NCBI GenBank assembly: GCA_048887225.1
Contig: JBHLJY010000006.1
Location: 78,238-142,237, forward strand
Source of the DNA: Candidatus Hodarchaeota archaeon
GTDB taxonomy: Archaea > Asgardarchaeota > Lokiarchaeia > Sigyniarchaeales > SOKP01
Length of the DNA stretch: 64,000 nucleotides
Reading direction: 5' to 3'
Shown: one piece after another, positions 37,605 to 48,448 of the stretch
Position numbering within the stretch: the stretch's first letter is position 1
Layout of the letters: each line of letters opens with the position of its first letter
Program-made: the position numbers and the translations under genes
Notes under the pieces: generated by a model
The model's database searches: none
The model's input: only the letters and a program-made list of their open reading frames with translations
Told to the model about the DNA's origin: nothing

Positions 37605-39650
37605 TCAATTAAAGAAAGAGTTTAAAGATAAACCTCTAATTTTTTTTTTAATTTCAGTTTTATCATCAATAATTTTTTTAATATATTTTGAAATCTCTTT
37701 ACGTTGTTCAATGCTAGCAGGAATAGGCAAAAAAATTTCCATTATCCTATCACCTATCGTTGCGATTGTCCCTTGAATAAATGTGATAGCTTGAATTTGT
37801 TTTTGGACAATATCTAAATTTAAAAGGTATAATAAAAGGTAAGAGTCAATAGTTTCTTTGTTTTTTAATATTTTTAATTGAAAAATATGGCTCTGGATTA
37901 TTATTTTTGTATCCAATTTTGAAACATAAGCCGTCTTTCCAATTAAGTTTGGACCACCATCTTTAACTAAAAGAATATCTCCCTCTTCGATGTTTTGCTT
38001 ATCTTTATATTGCTTATATACTTCTTCCGATGTTTTCTTGTGAGAATCTAAGTTAATTTCCCAATTATTTATTTCGCTTGTGCGAATAAAAGGTATATCT
38101 CCTAATCCATATACGTGAGATCCTATCTCATTTCCTCTTGGAAAATATCCCCCCTTATTGGTGTGAATGATTTTTTTTTTGATTAGATCTTTTATAGATA
38201 ATAATGTAAATTCATTATTATCCGCAAGCTTTTTAAGAGTTTTTTCAACTCCAGTATAATAATTTGGGATAAATATATTATTTTTAATTTGACTAAAATT
38301 TATCTTAAACGTTTTTTGTTCTTTTAAATAGTTAAAATCTTCATTTTCTTTAAGTTGTATGTGGAGATCGATTAAATCGTCGTTAATTAAAGGATTTCCT
38401 GCCTCATCTAATTTTTTACTTCCATCTTTATTCAATTGATAAAGGACTTTTCCATCTTTATTGTGTCCTACATTATCCACAATAGCAAAATCTATTTTAT
38501 AGTTTTTTGGAATTTTGGTTAATTTCTGAAAAAATAAAATACTTGATTTATTACATGTGTAAGGTTGAAAAGTATTTTGATCAAGACTAACAACTCCTAA
38601 TATTTTTCCTTTTGATTCCAAATATTCCCATATATATCTATCGGATGGATTTCCAAAAATTCCTTCAGGTAAAACAATGCCTAATTTGCCACCCTCCTTA
38701 AGTAATTGAACACACCTTTCAATAAATAACACTTGAGGAGGTTGTTGTTTTATTAATCTATTTTGCATTTTCCATTTATTATTATAAACATCTTTCCAAA
38801 CATGGCCTAAATCGTACTCTTTCAGAATTCTTTTTTCATTTATAGGTATCTTAGCTCCGAATGGTGGATTCGTTAATACATAATCAAAACTATCATTCTT
38901 TATTTTTTGTTTTGCTTGAGCTCTATAATTTTTATTATCCAACGAATCTTCGCAATAAATATTTGATTTTCCGCCGCTTAAAATATCTAAATACAAATTA
39001 CAGATTTTTGCTAAAAATAGATCTCTATCTATACCATAAAAATTGGAGATAATTTCAGCTCTTCTCTTATCTGAATCAATTTTTGCCCACATTAAATCCT
39101 TCGCTTCAAGCAAGAATCCCCCATGTCCGCAGGCGGGATCAAGTATTTTTGAATCAATTTCAGGATCGAGATAATTTACCATAAATTTTGCGACGTTTGG
39201 AGGAGTGAAAAATTGTCCTCCTTCGTCTTTTAAAATTTTACTAACAAAAATTTCGAAAGCATCGCTTAAAATATCTTTGGACGATTCGAGTAGTGAAATG
39301 TTTTGTAATTCTTTTACAATTAAATGAATAAGTTCTTTATTTAAGCTGATATTTTCATTATCTCCAATTATATCAGGATATTTATCTTTAACTTTTTTTT
39401 TAAAAAACGCCTGAATTCTTTCTAGTAATTCTTGATCTGTCTCATTATCCTTGATGCAAAATTCCAAAATATCTTCAGGCGATTTACTAATCTCATCAAC
39501 TAATTTGCATAATAATAGATTTATAATTTCTTTTGAGCGCGCCCTCGTATCTGTATCTGTGTATTTTAATTTGCCATATAAGTGTTGATTAATTGAAATA
39601 AATGTTTTCTTTAAATTCGGGGATTTTATTAAATTCTTTTTATACAACAT
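37605..39650 (-). CDS. N6-adenine DNA methyltransferase (HsdM-like) fused to a C-terminal type I specificity (TRD) domain
   Basis: GQFFTP, DPACGHGGFL, NPPFG, LGIVLPEG; C-terminal IPFIRTSEI...GDILLVKDG...IGKTA HsdS-like domain. Confidence 0.88.
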   Translation of the reverse strand: MLYKKNLIKSPNLKKTFISINQHLYGKLKYTDTDTRARSKEIINLLLCKLVDEISKSPEDILEFCIKDNETDQELLERIQAFFKKKVKDKYPDIIGDNENISLNKELIHLIVKELQNISLLESSKDILSDAFEIFVSKILKDEGGQFFTPPNVAKFMVNYLDPEIDSKILDPACGHGGFLLEAKDLMWAKIDSDKRRAEIISNFYGIDRDLFLAKICNLYLDILSGGKSNIYCEDSLDNKNYRAQAKQKIKNDSFDYVLTNPPFGAKIPINEKRILKEYDLGHVWKDVYNNKWKMQNRLIKQQPPQVLFIERCVQLLKEGGKLGIVLPEGIFGNPSDRYIWEYLESKGKILGVVSLDQNTFQPYTCNKSSILFFQKLTKIPKNYKIDFAIVDNVGHNKDGKVLYQLNKDGSKKLDEAGNPLINDDLIDLHIQLKENEDFNYLKEQKTFKINFSQIKNNIFIPNYYTGVEKTLKKLADNNEFTLLSIKDLIKKKIIHTNKGGYFPRGNEIGSHVYGLGDIPFIRTSEINNWEINLDSHKKTSEEVYKQYKDKQNIEEGDILLVKDGGPNLIGKTAYVSKLDTKIIIQSHIFQLKILKNKETIDSYLLLYLLNLDIVQKQIQAITFIQGTIATIGDRIMEIFLPIPASIEQRKEISKYIKKIIDDKTEIKKKIRGLSLNSFFN

Positions 39651-39735
39651 TATTTCATTTTATTTGTTTTCTCAATAATGACATTAATTAATCAAATTAT
39701 TATTCTTTTTTATTAAAAGAAAATTAATTTAAATT

Positions 39736-40521
39736 GTGCCTTCAAATAATTTAGATTTTGGACAATATATTGAATTTTCAGTAAAAAAGCGTTTTGGAAT
39801 TATTACGCTTAATAGGGTTCACAGATCAAATGCTTTTACAATTGACCAGTTAAAAAACCTGAAAAAAGCCATAGAATACTGTCAAAAAAGTGAAAAAATA
39901 AGAGGTATAATTTTAACGCATAATGGGACCTCATTTAGCACGGGAATGGACTTAGGAGCTATAAACGGAAGCGCCCACGCGGCAGTAAAAGAACTTGAGG
40001 GAACGGCAGCTGATATATGCAAATTACTGTATAATGGAAAGCCAGTTATTTGTGCTGTAAACGGACGTACGATGGGGGAGGGTGTAGTATTTTTGATATG
40101 CTGTGATTACCGAATTGCGACAAAAGAAAGTTTCTTTCAATATCCAGAAATAAATTCAGGAATCTTTCCTGGGACAGGCTGTATTGTTTTAATGACTAAA
40201 ATAATAGGGATTCCTTGGACAAAAAAGATGTTAATGCTTGCCGAAAAAGTAGATTCAGAAAAAGCGTTAGATATTGGATTAATTGATCAAATTGTAGATT
40301 CGAAAGAAGAACTTATGCAAGAAATGATGAAAAAAGCGAAATTTTTATTTACGAAAAATCAAACTGTTTTAAACGCGATTAAACTATGCTCCAATCATTT
40401 TCTTAATAAATCTTATAATACAGCTTATCAAATAGAAAAAGAAGCTTCAGCATGGTATGAGCACACTGATAAAGATCAATTTATAATAAATTTTAGAAAA
40501 AAATTCGATATTTTGGATTAA
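39736..40521 (+). CDS. Crotonase family enoyl-CoA hydratase/isomerase
   Basis: TLNR..RSNA, FSTGMDL, KPVICAVNG, single catalytic Glu in YPEI. Confidence 0.88.
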   Translation: MPSNNLDFGQYIEFSVKKRFGIITLNRVHRSNAFTIDQLKNLKKAIEYCQKSEKIRGIILTHNGTSFSTGMDLGAINGSAHAAVKELEGTAADICKLLYNGKPVICAVNGRTMGEGVVFLICCDYRIATKESFFQYPEINSGIFPGTGCIVLMTKIIGIPWTKKMLMLAEKVDSEKALDIGLIDQIVDSKEELMQEMMKKAKFLFTKNQTVLNAIKLCSNHFLNKSYNTAYQIEKEASAWYEHTDKDQFIINFRKKFDILD

Positions 40522-40595
40522 TAAAAAAATACTTAAATACTTCTAAAAAGTAAATTATAATTAATTTTATTTTCAAAAAATTTTAGGTTAAAAAA

Positions 40596-41993
40596 ATGTC
40601 AAATAAAAAAATTTTACATAGCAAAAAAAACATGGCTTCATACGGTTTCGGCAGCATGAGTAGGGAATTCGTTCAGATGGCTTTTAATGTATTAGTATTC
40701 TTTTATTATGAAGTAGAAATCGGCCTGAACGTGTGGCTTATTGGTCTAGCATTAATTATATTTGCGGTATATAATGCCATTAACGATCCACTCATAGGTT
40801 ATTTAACAAATAGACCATTTAAGTTCACTAAAAAATGGGGTAGAAGATTTCCATGGCTTCTTTTAGGTGGAATTCCTCTTGGATTTTGTTATTTTCTCAT
40901 ATTTACTCCACCTAGTATCGATCCAATAGGGGGTGCATGGATTATTTTTGCTTGGCTTTTGTTTACTACGTGTTTATTCGATACCTTTCATTCTCTTTTT
41001 TTTGTAAATTTTCAATCTCTCTTCCCCGATAAATTTAGTTCAATAAAGGAACGAAGAACTGCTTCAGGAATTTTTATTTCTCTAGGTATAATAGGGGTTA
41101 CTTTGGGAGCGATACTACCTCCATTATTCTATGATTTTAAAGATTTACAGTCATATATGTTTCAAGGGTTAATAGTAATGGCGATTGCTATCCTTATGAT
41201 GTTACTCGCAATACCAGGTTTTCGTGAAGATAGAGAGATGATTGACCTTTACCTCACTTCCTATGAAAAACAAGCTAAAAGAGAATCCTTCCTTAAATCA
41301 ACGAAACTAGGTTTTAAACAAAAATCATTCGTAGCTTATATGATATTATACACCTTGTATTGGGTTATAATAAATTCTTTACAAGCATCTCTACCTTATG
41401 TTGTTCGATTCGCTGTAGAACCACAATACCAAGAAGCTAGATTTACTACATTTATTATGGCTGGATTGCTAATAGGAACAATAATTTCACTTCCTATATG
41501 GGTTAAGATAGCACAGAAAACAAACGATAATGGTAAAGTTATGTTAATTTCAGCGACATTATTGGGTGTTTTTGTATTCCCATTAATATTTATTAATTCA
41601 TATTGGTTTCTAGTTATCGCTATTCTTGTGTGGGGTATAGCTCTTGGAGGATTTTGGGCTATGATATTTCCTGTGTTTTCGGATGTAATCGATGAATCTA
41701 TTGTAAAATACAAGAAGCGCGAAGAGGGTACATATATAGGAATTCAGCAATTTTTTGGACGTCTTGGGCTCATCATCCAAGTTTTAAGTTTTGCCATAGT
41801 TCATGAACTTACTGGATTTGTGGAAGGAGCAGATAAACAAACCCCTCTAGCAATATGGGGAATTCATCTACACGCAGCATTAATACCTATGATTTGTATT
41901 TTCATTGGGGCTTTAATTTTTTGGATGTTGTATGATCTAAATCCTAAGAAAGTCAGTGAGAATAGACACAAAATAAAAGAAATGGGTCTTTAA
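40596..41993 (+). CDS. MFS transporter, GPH (Na+/melibiose-like) family
   Basis: NAINDPLIG.L, WGRRFPW, DVIDE...REEG.Y.G; about 12 TM. Confidence 0.9.
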   Translation: MSNKKILHSKKNMASYGFGSMSREFVQMAFNVLVFFYYEVEIGLNVWLIGLALIIFAVYNAINDPLIGYLTNRPFKFTKKWGRRFPWLLLGGIPLGFCYFLIFTPPSIDPIGGAWIIFAWLLFTTCLFDTFHSLFFVNFQSLFPDKFSSIKERRTASGIFISLGIIGVTLGAILPPLFYDFKDLQSYMFQGLIVMAIAILMMLLAIPGFREDREMIDLYLTSYEKQAKRESFLKSTKLGFKQKSFVAYMILYTLYWVIINSLQASLPYVVRFAVEPQYQEARFTTFIMAGLLIGTIISLPIWVKIAQKTNDNGKVMLISATLLGVFVFPLIFINSYWFLVIAILVWGIALGGFWAMIFPVFSDVIDESIVKYKKREEGTYIGIQQFFGRLGLIIQVLSFAIVHELTGFVEGADKQTPLAIWGIHLHAALIPMICIFIGALIFWMLYDLNPKKVSENRHKIKEMGL

Positions 41994-42184
41994 ATAGCGT
42001 TTCTAAGGCTTTATTCACTTTTTTTTTACAATCAATCGTAAATATTATTTTAGAATACTCTAAAAATTTCTTAAAATTAATATAAATTATGACTTCGAAT
42101 AATTTAGATTTTGGAGAATTTATTGAATATTTTTTTTATAATTTTTAAGAAAAAATTCAAAATCTATATTAAATTCTTAAGTTC

Positions 42185-43009
42185 ATGCTAAGTGAAGATT
42201 TTAAAGATATATTGTTTGAAAAAGAAGATAATGGAATTGTTACTGTTACTTTAAATAAACCCGAACGAAAAAATGCATTATCACCTTTAACTTTACTTGA
42301 ATTATGGTATGCTGTTGACATTGCTGAAAAAGATAAAGATATTAGAGTCATGATCTTAACTGGATCTGAAGAAGCAAACGCGTTTTGTTCGGGAGGATAC
42401 TTCAGTACAAAAGATCTGAGGAGAGAAATTCCACCAGAGCATCTTAATGAAGTTGATTTGAGAGATATGGCATCAAAGAAACTCTGTCTAAAATTTTGGG
42501 ATTTTTCGAAACCAGTTATAGCTGCAATGAATGGGTTAGCAGTAGGAGGAGGTTTTACTCTACCAGTTGTTTGTGCAGATCTGGTTTATGCTTCTGAAGA
42601 TGCATGGTTTGGGCTTTATTTCATTAAAAGAGCAGTATTACCTGATTTTGCCACAAGTTTCTTGCTTCCGTTTATGGTAGGGGTTCAGAAGGCTAAAGAA
42701 CTTTTTTATTTTGGGGATAAAATAACAGCATACGATGCAGAAAAACTCGGATTTGTCAATAAAGTACTACCTCGAGATGAATTAATGCCTTACGCTAGAG
42801 AACAAGCTTTTAGATTAATTCCTCCTAAAGGTCCTAGTAAATCTATAATATTAATGAAAAAAACAATGCACACCTATTTTAAAGATATAATAGAAAAACA
42901 ATTAGATTTAGAAAATAAAGGATGGATTAAAACGCTCATTAGCAAGGATTTTAGCGAATCTTTAAAAGCTTTACAAGAAAAACGGGATTCTGTGTTTATA
43001 GGAAAATAA
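42185..43009 (+). CDS. Crotonase family enoyl-CoA isomerase (PaaG-like), paralog of 9685-10506
   Basis: LNKPERKNA, KPVIAAMNG.AVGGG, VLPDF. Confidence 0.87.
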   Translation: MLSEDFKDILFEKEDNGIVTVTLNKPERKNALSPLTLLELWYAVDIAEKDKDIRVMILTGSEEANAFCSGGYFSTKDLRREIPPEHLNEVDLRDMASKKLCLKFWDFSKPVIAAMNGLAVGGGFTLPVVCADLVYASEDAWFGLYFIKRAVLPDFATSFLLPFMVGVQKAKELFYFGDKITAYDAEKLGFVNKVLPRDELMPYAREQAFRLIPPKGPSKSIILMKKTMHTYFKDIIEKQLDLENKGWIKTLISKDFSESLKALQEKRDSVFIGK

Positions 43010-43191
43010 TAATAAGTCTAAAAATTTTTTGAGTAATTTGTTTTTTATCGGATTTCTTCAATAAAAAATTTAAATACAAAATGTTTAAATCAAAATTAAA
43101 GTTAACTTATTTAATTATCTTAAGATAATTGAAAAAAGAGAAAAGAATAAAAGAACTCAAAGAAGAATAATTTTAAACCTTATACGGGAAA

Positions 43192-43491
43192 ATGGTGATT
43201 GTTTTGGCTAAAAAGGTTCAAGACGATTCAAAAGTGTTTATAGGCAGAAAAAAAAGTATGAATTATGTGCTCGCTGTAATGGTAGTTCTCAACGAAAATA
43301 AACCAGTCCGTCTTTTAGCACGAGGGAGATCGATTTCTAAGGCTGTAGATGTTGCTGAAATTGTTAAAAACAATTTTTCACAAGGAGCCACATATGGTGA
43401 GGTTTTAATTGATACAGAAGAAATTACAAACAAAGATGGCACGAAGAGTAATGTAAGCTCATTGGAAATTGAAATTCTGCCACCAAAATAG
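43192..43491 (+). CDS. albA: Chromatin protein Alba
   Basis: VFIGRK..MNYVLAV, ARGRSISKAVDVAE, NVSSLEIEI; start may be TTG 43204. Confidence 0.93.
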   Translation: MVIVLAKKVQDDSKVFIGRKKSMNYVLAVMVVLNENKPVRLLARGRSISKAVDVAEIVKNNFSQGATYGEVLIDTEEITNKDGTKSNVSSLEIEILPPK

Positions 43492-43557
43492 AAGTAAAAG
43501 CTCTGGAGAATATTAGGAGATTTTCTCGCTTCTTTTTTTTTTAATTTTATATTTATT

Positions 43558-43857
43558 TTACAAGGAAGTCTTTAAATCGTTAAGTTTTATTTGCAAATTC
43601 TCAATATCCGATTTAATAATTGTATTATCATTTATTTTATTAATAACTTTTAAAAAATCCTTAATCAACGGATGTTCTATAACGATTGTAGTTTGATTTA
43701 ACGTGTTAACGTCTAAAATTAGAGCAGAATCTAACTTCTCACCAGTACCAAGAATATCTTTTAATATTAGTTCTTGTTTGTCTGTGTAATTCAATATTGT
43801 AATGTCCTCCCCTATTTGAGAGCCATCGTTTTTCTTTATTATTTTAAATTCGCACAT
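43558..43857 (-). CDS. cooT: CooT family nickel-binding CODH accessory protein
   Basis: N-terminal MCE motif, L.DILG; divergent from cdhBC. Confidence 0.72.
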   Translation of the reverse strand: MCEFKIIKKNDGSQIGEDITILNYTDKQELILKDILGTGEKLDSALILDVNTLNQTTIVIEHPLIKDFLKVINKINDNTIIKSDIENLQIKLNDLKTSL

Positions 43858-44003
43858 ATCAAGTTTTACACTTATTTCTTAAATAATATACTTTACTATA
43901 TGCTTAAATCTAATAAAAAGAATATTTTTAATTTATATTTAATAAACTAAAATATAACTATTATTTTAAACAAAACTGAAATATCAAGAGAATTGATGAA
44001 AAT

Positions 44004-44534
44004 ATGGCAAGACCATACCAGAAAGCTAATATACCTGGACCCGAGATGGGAACCTCAGTTTCTGACCCAAAAGTTATGGCAAATCTTCTAAAAAGTCCTA
44101 AGAAAAAAGTAATCATCATAGGTTCAGAATCATTAAGATGGGAACTCGACGGGAAAAAGGTTGCTGATTATTTTATCGAGATTGCGAAGAAGCTGGACTG
44201 TCATGTGATAGCAACAGGTCATATATATAAATATTTAAAGGATAAAATTGATTCTGGCAAATTATGGGAAATGTCTCTCATAAACATTACAGGACGGCTT
44301 GTTGACATCAACTGGAAAGGCTTAGATGGAGAGGGACAATATGAGATGGCAATATTTGGAGGTCATCTAGTATATTACGTATCTCAGACACTGAGCCGAA
44401 TTAAGAACTTTTCAAATTGGGTAAGAACTATAGAACTCGATAAATACGCTCATCCAAATGCACGCTTTAGCTTGCCAAATATCAGGGACGAAGAATGGAA
44501 AGAATTTTTAGAAAAGGTTATTGAGAATTTATAA
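44004..44534 (+). CDS. cdhB: CO dehydrogenase/acetyl-CoA synthase epsilon subunit
   Basis: PYQ.A..PGP, W.GLDG.GQY, YYVSQ.LS..KNF, PNA.FS.PN. Confidence 0.9.
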   Translation: MARPYQKANIPGPEMGTSVSDPKVMANLLKSPKKKVIIIGSESLRWELDGKKVADYFIEIAKKLDCHVIATGHIYKYLKDKIDSGKLWEMSLINITGRLVDINWKGLDGEGQYEMAIFGGHLVYYVSQTLSRIKNFSNWVRTIELDKYAHPNARFSLPNIRDEEWKEFLEKVIENL

Positions 44535-44583
44535 AATGATTGAAATAATAGAAAAAAAATAATTTAATGAGGAGATTTATGAA

Positions 44584-46002
44584 ATGAGTTTTTCAGATAT
44601 GCCTGTTGATGTTGGTCCTGTATATGAAGGTGAACGGATCAGAGGAAATCAAATGTATGTTGAATTAGGCGGCCCTAAAATTGAAAAACATTTCGAATTA
44701 GTCAGAGTTAGACCAGATAAAGATATCAATGATGGGCAGGTAAAAATTGTTGGACCTGACTTGAAAGATATGGAAATAGGTTCAAGCAATCCAATTGGCA
44801 TTTTAGTTGAAGTTGCAGGTCCTGAGTTGGAAGAAGATTTAGAAGCCGTGTTTGAAAGAAGAATTCACGAATTTTGTAATTTCGTTAATGGAATAATGCA
44901 TCTTAACCAAAGATATACTAATTGGATGCGAATTAGTAAAACTGCATTCGAGAAGGGATTTGATAGCCTTAATTTTTTAGGAGAAATTTTAATTAGGCTG
45001 TTTAAGGCTGAATTACCAATTATTAAGAAGGCACAAGTCACACTTTATACAGATGCTAAAGAAATTGAAAAACCTCATGCTATGGCACTGAAAATTTACA
45101 ATAAGAGAGATGAAAGAGCTCGAAGTATTAATGATGAGGATGTTGATATGTTCTATGGCTGCGTTTTATGTCAATCATTCGCTCCGACTCATGCTTGCTG
45201 TATAACTCCAAATCGTATGAGTTTATGTGGCTCTATTTCATGGTTTGATGCCAGAGCTGCAGCACGAGTAGATCCTAAAGGTCCTCTGTTCGAAGTACCC
45301 ATTGGTGAGACCCTTAATAAAGAGGCTGGAGAATATTCTGGGATAAATGAAATGATCAAGAAGCGTTCACTAGGAGAAATTGATAGAATTTATCTTTATT
45401 CAGGAATGGAATTCCCACATACATCATGTGGATGCTTTGAAGCTATAGATTTTTTGATTCCTGAAACAGGAGTAGGACACGGTATTATTGACAGAAGCCA
45501 TGATGGTGTTGCTCTCAATGGTTTACCATTCTCAGCAATGGCAAATCAAACTGGTGGGGGAAAACAAATGCCCGGTTTCAATGGGATTAGTATTCAGTAT
45601 ATCATTTCGCCGAAGTTTCAACAATATGATGGAGGTATTTACAATGTTGTGTGGATGGGCAAAACTGTAAAAGATCGTGTCGCTGAATTATTGCCAGCTG
45701 ATCTTGTCGATAAAATCGCTACTGAGGAAGAAGTTAGTGATTTAAGCGAATTACCGGCTTGGTTAGAAGAAAAAAAACATCCTATTATAGAAACTGAAGA
45801 ATATAAAGCTGCTATTGGCGGTATTGAAGAAGAGGAAGAAGAATATGAAGAAGAAGGAGCAATGATGCCTATAGGAACTGTTGGAATGACTATTCCAGGA
45901 GTAGGCGGCGCTGGTGGCTTCAAAATTATACTGAAGAACTGTAAGATACATGCAGAATCGATTATTATCAAGAAGACCGAACCAAGAAGGGGCAAGAAAT
46001 AA
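44584..46002 (+). CDS. cdhC: Acetyl-CoA synthase beta subunit
   Basis: PVDVGP.YEGERIR, C.LCQSFAPTH.C..TP.R..LCG, PHTSCGCFE, acidic linker, KIIL.N.KI.AE tail. Confidence 0.96.
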   Translation: MSFSDMPVDVGPVYEGERIRGNQMYVELGGPKIEKHFELVRVRPDKDINDGQVKIVGPDLKDMEIGSSNPIGILVEVAGPELEEDLEAVFERRIHEFCNFVNGIMHLNQRYTNWMRISKTAFEKGFDSLNFLGEILIRLFKAELPIIKKAQVTLYTDAKEIEKPHAMALKIYNKRDERARSINDEDVDMFYGCVLCQSFAPTHACCITPNRMSLCGSISWFDARAAARVDPKGPLFEVPIGETLNKEAGEYSGINEMIKKRSLGEIDRIYLYSGMEFPHTSCGCFEAIDFLIPETGVGHGIIDRSHDGVALNGLPFSAMANQTGGGKQMPGFNGISIQYIISPKFQQYDGGIYNVVWMGKTVKDRVAELLPADLVDKIATEEEVSDLSELPAWLEEKKHPIIETEEYKAAIGGIEEEEEEYEEEGAMMPIGTVGMTIPGVGGAGGFKIILKNCKIHAESIIIKKTEPRRGKK

Positions 46003-46155
46003 ATAGTACGGTTTAATTTTTTCTTATTTTTTTACTGTTTTTTGTGTCTATCATTATTTATAACCAAGGTGTTATAATCATTAGAATTTACGAGAAATTC
46101 AGAAAGAATATAAAAAAAATTGATACATATTTATAACTTAGCTATTAAAAAAAAA

Positions 46156-46620
46156 TTAAATATAATATCCCGTGCTATCTTCCGTATACTCATTTTTATC
46201 GTCATCGTTCTCGTCATCGTCATCTTTGTTGCCCATGATCTTTTTATAAAAGGCTTTTATAATATCTTCTGGATCTGCATTTGGATCGAGATCTTTAAAA
46301 TCTCTTGGATCAATTTTGATAATCCCGCCTCGCTTGAAAGGAATAATCTTACTACGCATCTCCCTTTCAATTCTTTCTTCTCTCCTAGACTTCAGACTTA
46401 ATTCTTTTTTCATTAATTCTTTCAATTCATTTACCACAAGTTTATCTAATTCGTTACCTTCAAGGTCCAATAAAATCTCGTTGTCAAAAGTTTTTGTAAG
46501 CCGCCTAATAGCTTTTTCCCGTTTAATTTCCGAAATCTGGTTAATTGAATTTAATCCTAGAAGATTTAAGATATTAAGCCAATCTAGTTTAACTGTCCAA
46601 GAAAATTCTTTTTCTGACAT
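46156..46620 (-). CDS. Hypothetical protein with acidic C-terminus
   Basis: Plausible composition; overlapping plus-strand ORFs look like shadows. Confidence 0.7.
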   Translation of the reverse strand: MSEKEFSWTVKLDWLNILNLLGLNSINQISEIKREKAIRRLTKTFDNEILLDLEGNELDKLVVNELKELMKKELSLKSRREERIEREMRSKIIPFKRGGIIKIDPRDFKDLDPNADPEDIIKAFYKKIMGNKDDDDENDDDKNEYTEDSTGYYI

Positions 46621-46841
46621 CTTTTTAATTATCTTTTTCTACAATTATAAAAGTGTTTTAAAGAAGTTAAATTTTTTCTTTTTTCTGTAAAATTATACAA
46701 GTTTCCCAAATAAATATTTAATTATTTTAATCTATAAAATTAGCTGATAAATTTTCAAATACTTGAATTTCTAACTCTGAATCGTCATGCATTATCCAAT
46801 GAAATAGGTTATTGTTGAGAATAATTTTTGAAATCTTATTT

Positions 46842-47750
46842 TTAAAAATTAATATTTTTTCTTTTTAATAGAGATATATATTTTCTCCGCCAATCAGGTT
46901 CGATTTTACCAAGAGCTAAGATTGCTTCTTCCCTAACCCAATCATACCAATCTTTTAACGCATTGATCAAAAAAGAAATTGCTCGTTCATTGCCTAATTC
47001 ACCTAATGCTTTAATAAGCCCTCGCCTCAAATATCCAATCTCTATTTTATTTTTATTTACTGCTGTATCTTTTAATGCGTCTAATAATAACTCAATTAGT
47101 GTTTCACCATTAACTATTTTTTTTAACGCTTCAAAAGCATATTCCCATACGTCGAAACTTCCTAATCCAAGATTTTCTATTAGAGGGGAAATGGCTCTTT
47201 TATTTTTTAAATTACCTAATGCTTGAATGACTCGAATACGAACTAATTTACTTGAAGAATTTAGCATCTCTAATAATAAATTCGCTGAGGATGTTTCATT
47301 AAGATATCCTAAAGACTCAGCAGCATGCATTTTCAATCTATCGTCATTGCTTGTTAAGGCTTTTTTCAGACTTTTAATAATAGTTTCCCTGAATTCTTTT
47401 CGTTCTGCTAACGGTACTAATAGATTTAGAGCAGTATATTTAACATCAGGTTTTTTTTCGTTTTCTATGACCCAGATCAATGGTTTTATAGCTTTCCTTT
47501 TGTTGTAATTAAATGCTAATAGTTTTGCTGCTTCCATTCTTACATCAGGATCCTCGTCGGATATGAAATAATTCTCAATTTCTTCAAAATGTGAATTATC
47601 CTTTAAATCATTCAATATTTCTAAAATTCTCATTCTTGTCTTTTTATTATCTGCTACAGTATATAAATTATGAAGCCTTTCAATCGCCTCACTTCTCCCA
47701 ATTTTATTCAGATCTTTTATTATCGAATCTGGGGCAATCAAATTTGACAA
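46842..47750 (-). CDS. HEAT/PBS-lyase repeat protein
   Basis: Repeated VR..A...LG, ALG.L...RAI..LI motifs. Confidence 0.87.
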   Translation of the reverse strand: MSNLIAPDSIIKDLNKIGRSEAIERLHNLYTVADNKKTRMRILEILNDLKDNSHFEEIENYFISDEDPDVRMEAAKLLAFNYNKRKAIKPLIWVIENEKKPDVKYTALNLLVPLAERKEFRETIIKSLKKALTSNDDRLKMHAAESLGYLNETSSANLLLEMLNSSSKLVRIRVIQALGNLKNKRAISPLIENLGLGSFDVWEYAFEALKKIVNGETLIELLLDALKDTAVNKNKIEIGYLRRGLIKALGELGNERAISFLINALKDWYDWVREEAILALGKIEPDWRRKYISLLKRKNINF

Positions 47751-47951
47751 GTTTATTTTTTATCATATTTCTACATGATTATGAGAATTTAAAATTTTTA
47801 GTTATATTAGTAAAGATCAAATTTAAATCATTGACAGGTGGGAGCTGTGAATATTAATTTTTAATTCACTCATAAATGAACTTGTATAAAAAAAATTCTG
47901 AATTAAAAAACTAAAGTATATAAAATAGAAAATATGCGTATTTATCTGGAT

Positions 47952-48197
47952 TTAGGTAAAATAATGCTTAAATGATTTTCGGAAATCATTTATATATTCA
48001 TTGTCAATTTCACCGAACTTAACATCACCGAATTTAATGTTCCCAAGTGACCTATGTTTCATAATTGCTATATAGTGTTTAAGGGATCTCTCAAAATCAC
48101 CTACATTTAAGCTATTAACCTCCGCAAATTTAACAAGTCCAAATCTGTCTAAATAATCTTCAAAAGCAGTGATCGATTTTCCATTATTTTCAGTCAT
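47952..48197 (-). CDS. Small hypothetical protein with internal duplication
   Basis: FG.VKF.E......DF..S.KHY occurs twice. Confidence 0.6.
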   Translation of the reverse strand: MTENNGKSITAFEDYLDRFGLVKFAEVNSLNVGDFERSLKHYIAIMKHRSLGNIKFGDVKFGEIDNEYINDFRKSFKHYFT

Positions 48198-48448
48198 TTT
48201 ACATTTTCACGTCTTTTTATAAATTTTTATTCAAATGATTTTTTAATTAAATAAATGTTTTTTTTATAAGAAATTATAATCTGATATTTAAATAAATTCC
48301 TAAATTTCCAAGTATTAAGAGTTTTGATATATTCGATAATGTATATTTTTAAAATCTACAATTTTTTTGAAAATTTTTAAGCAAAAGTGATAATAATTTA
48401 ACTTATGAAGAATGATTTTTTTAATCCAAATTTAGGAATTGAAACGAA

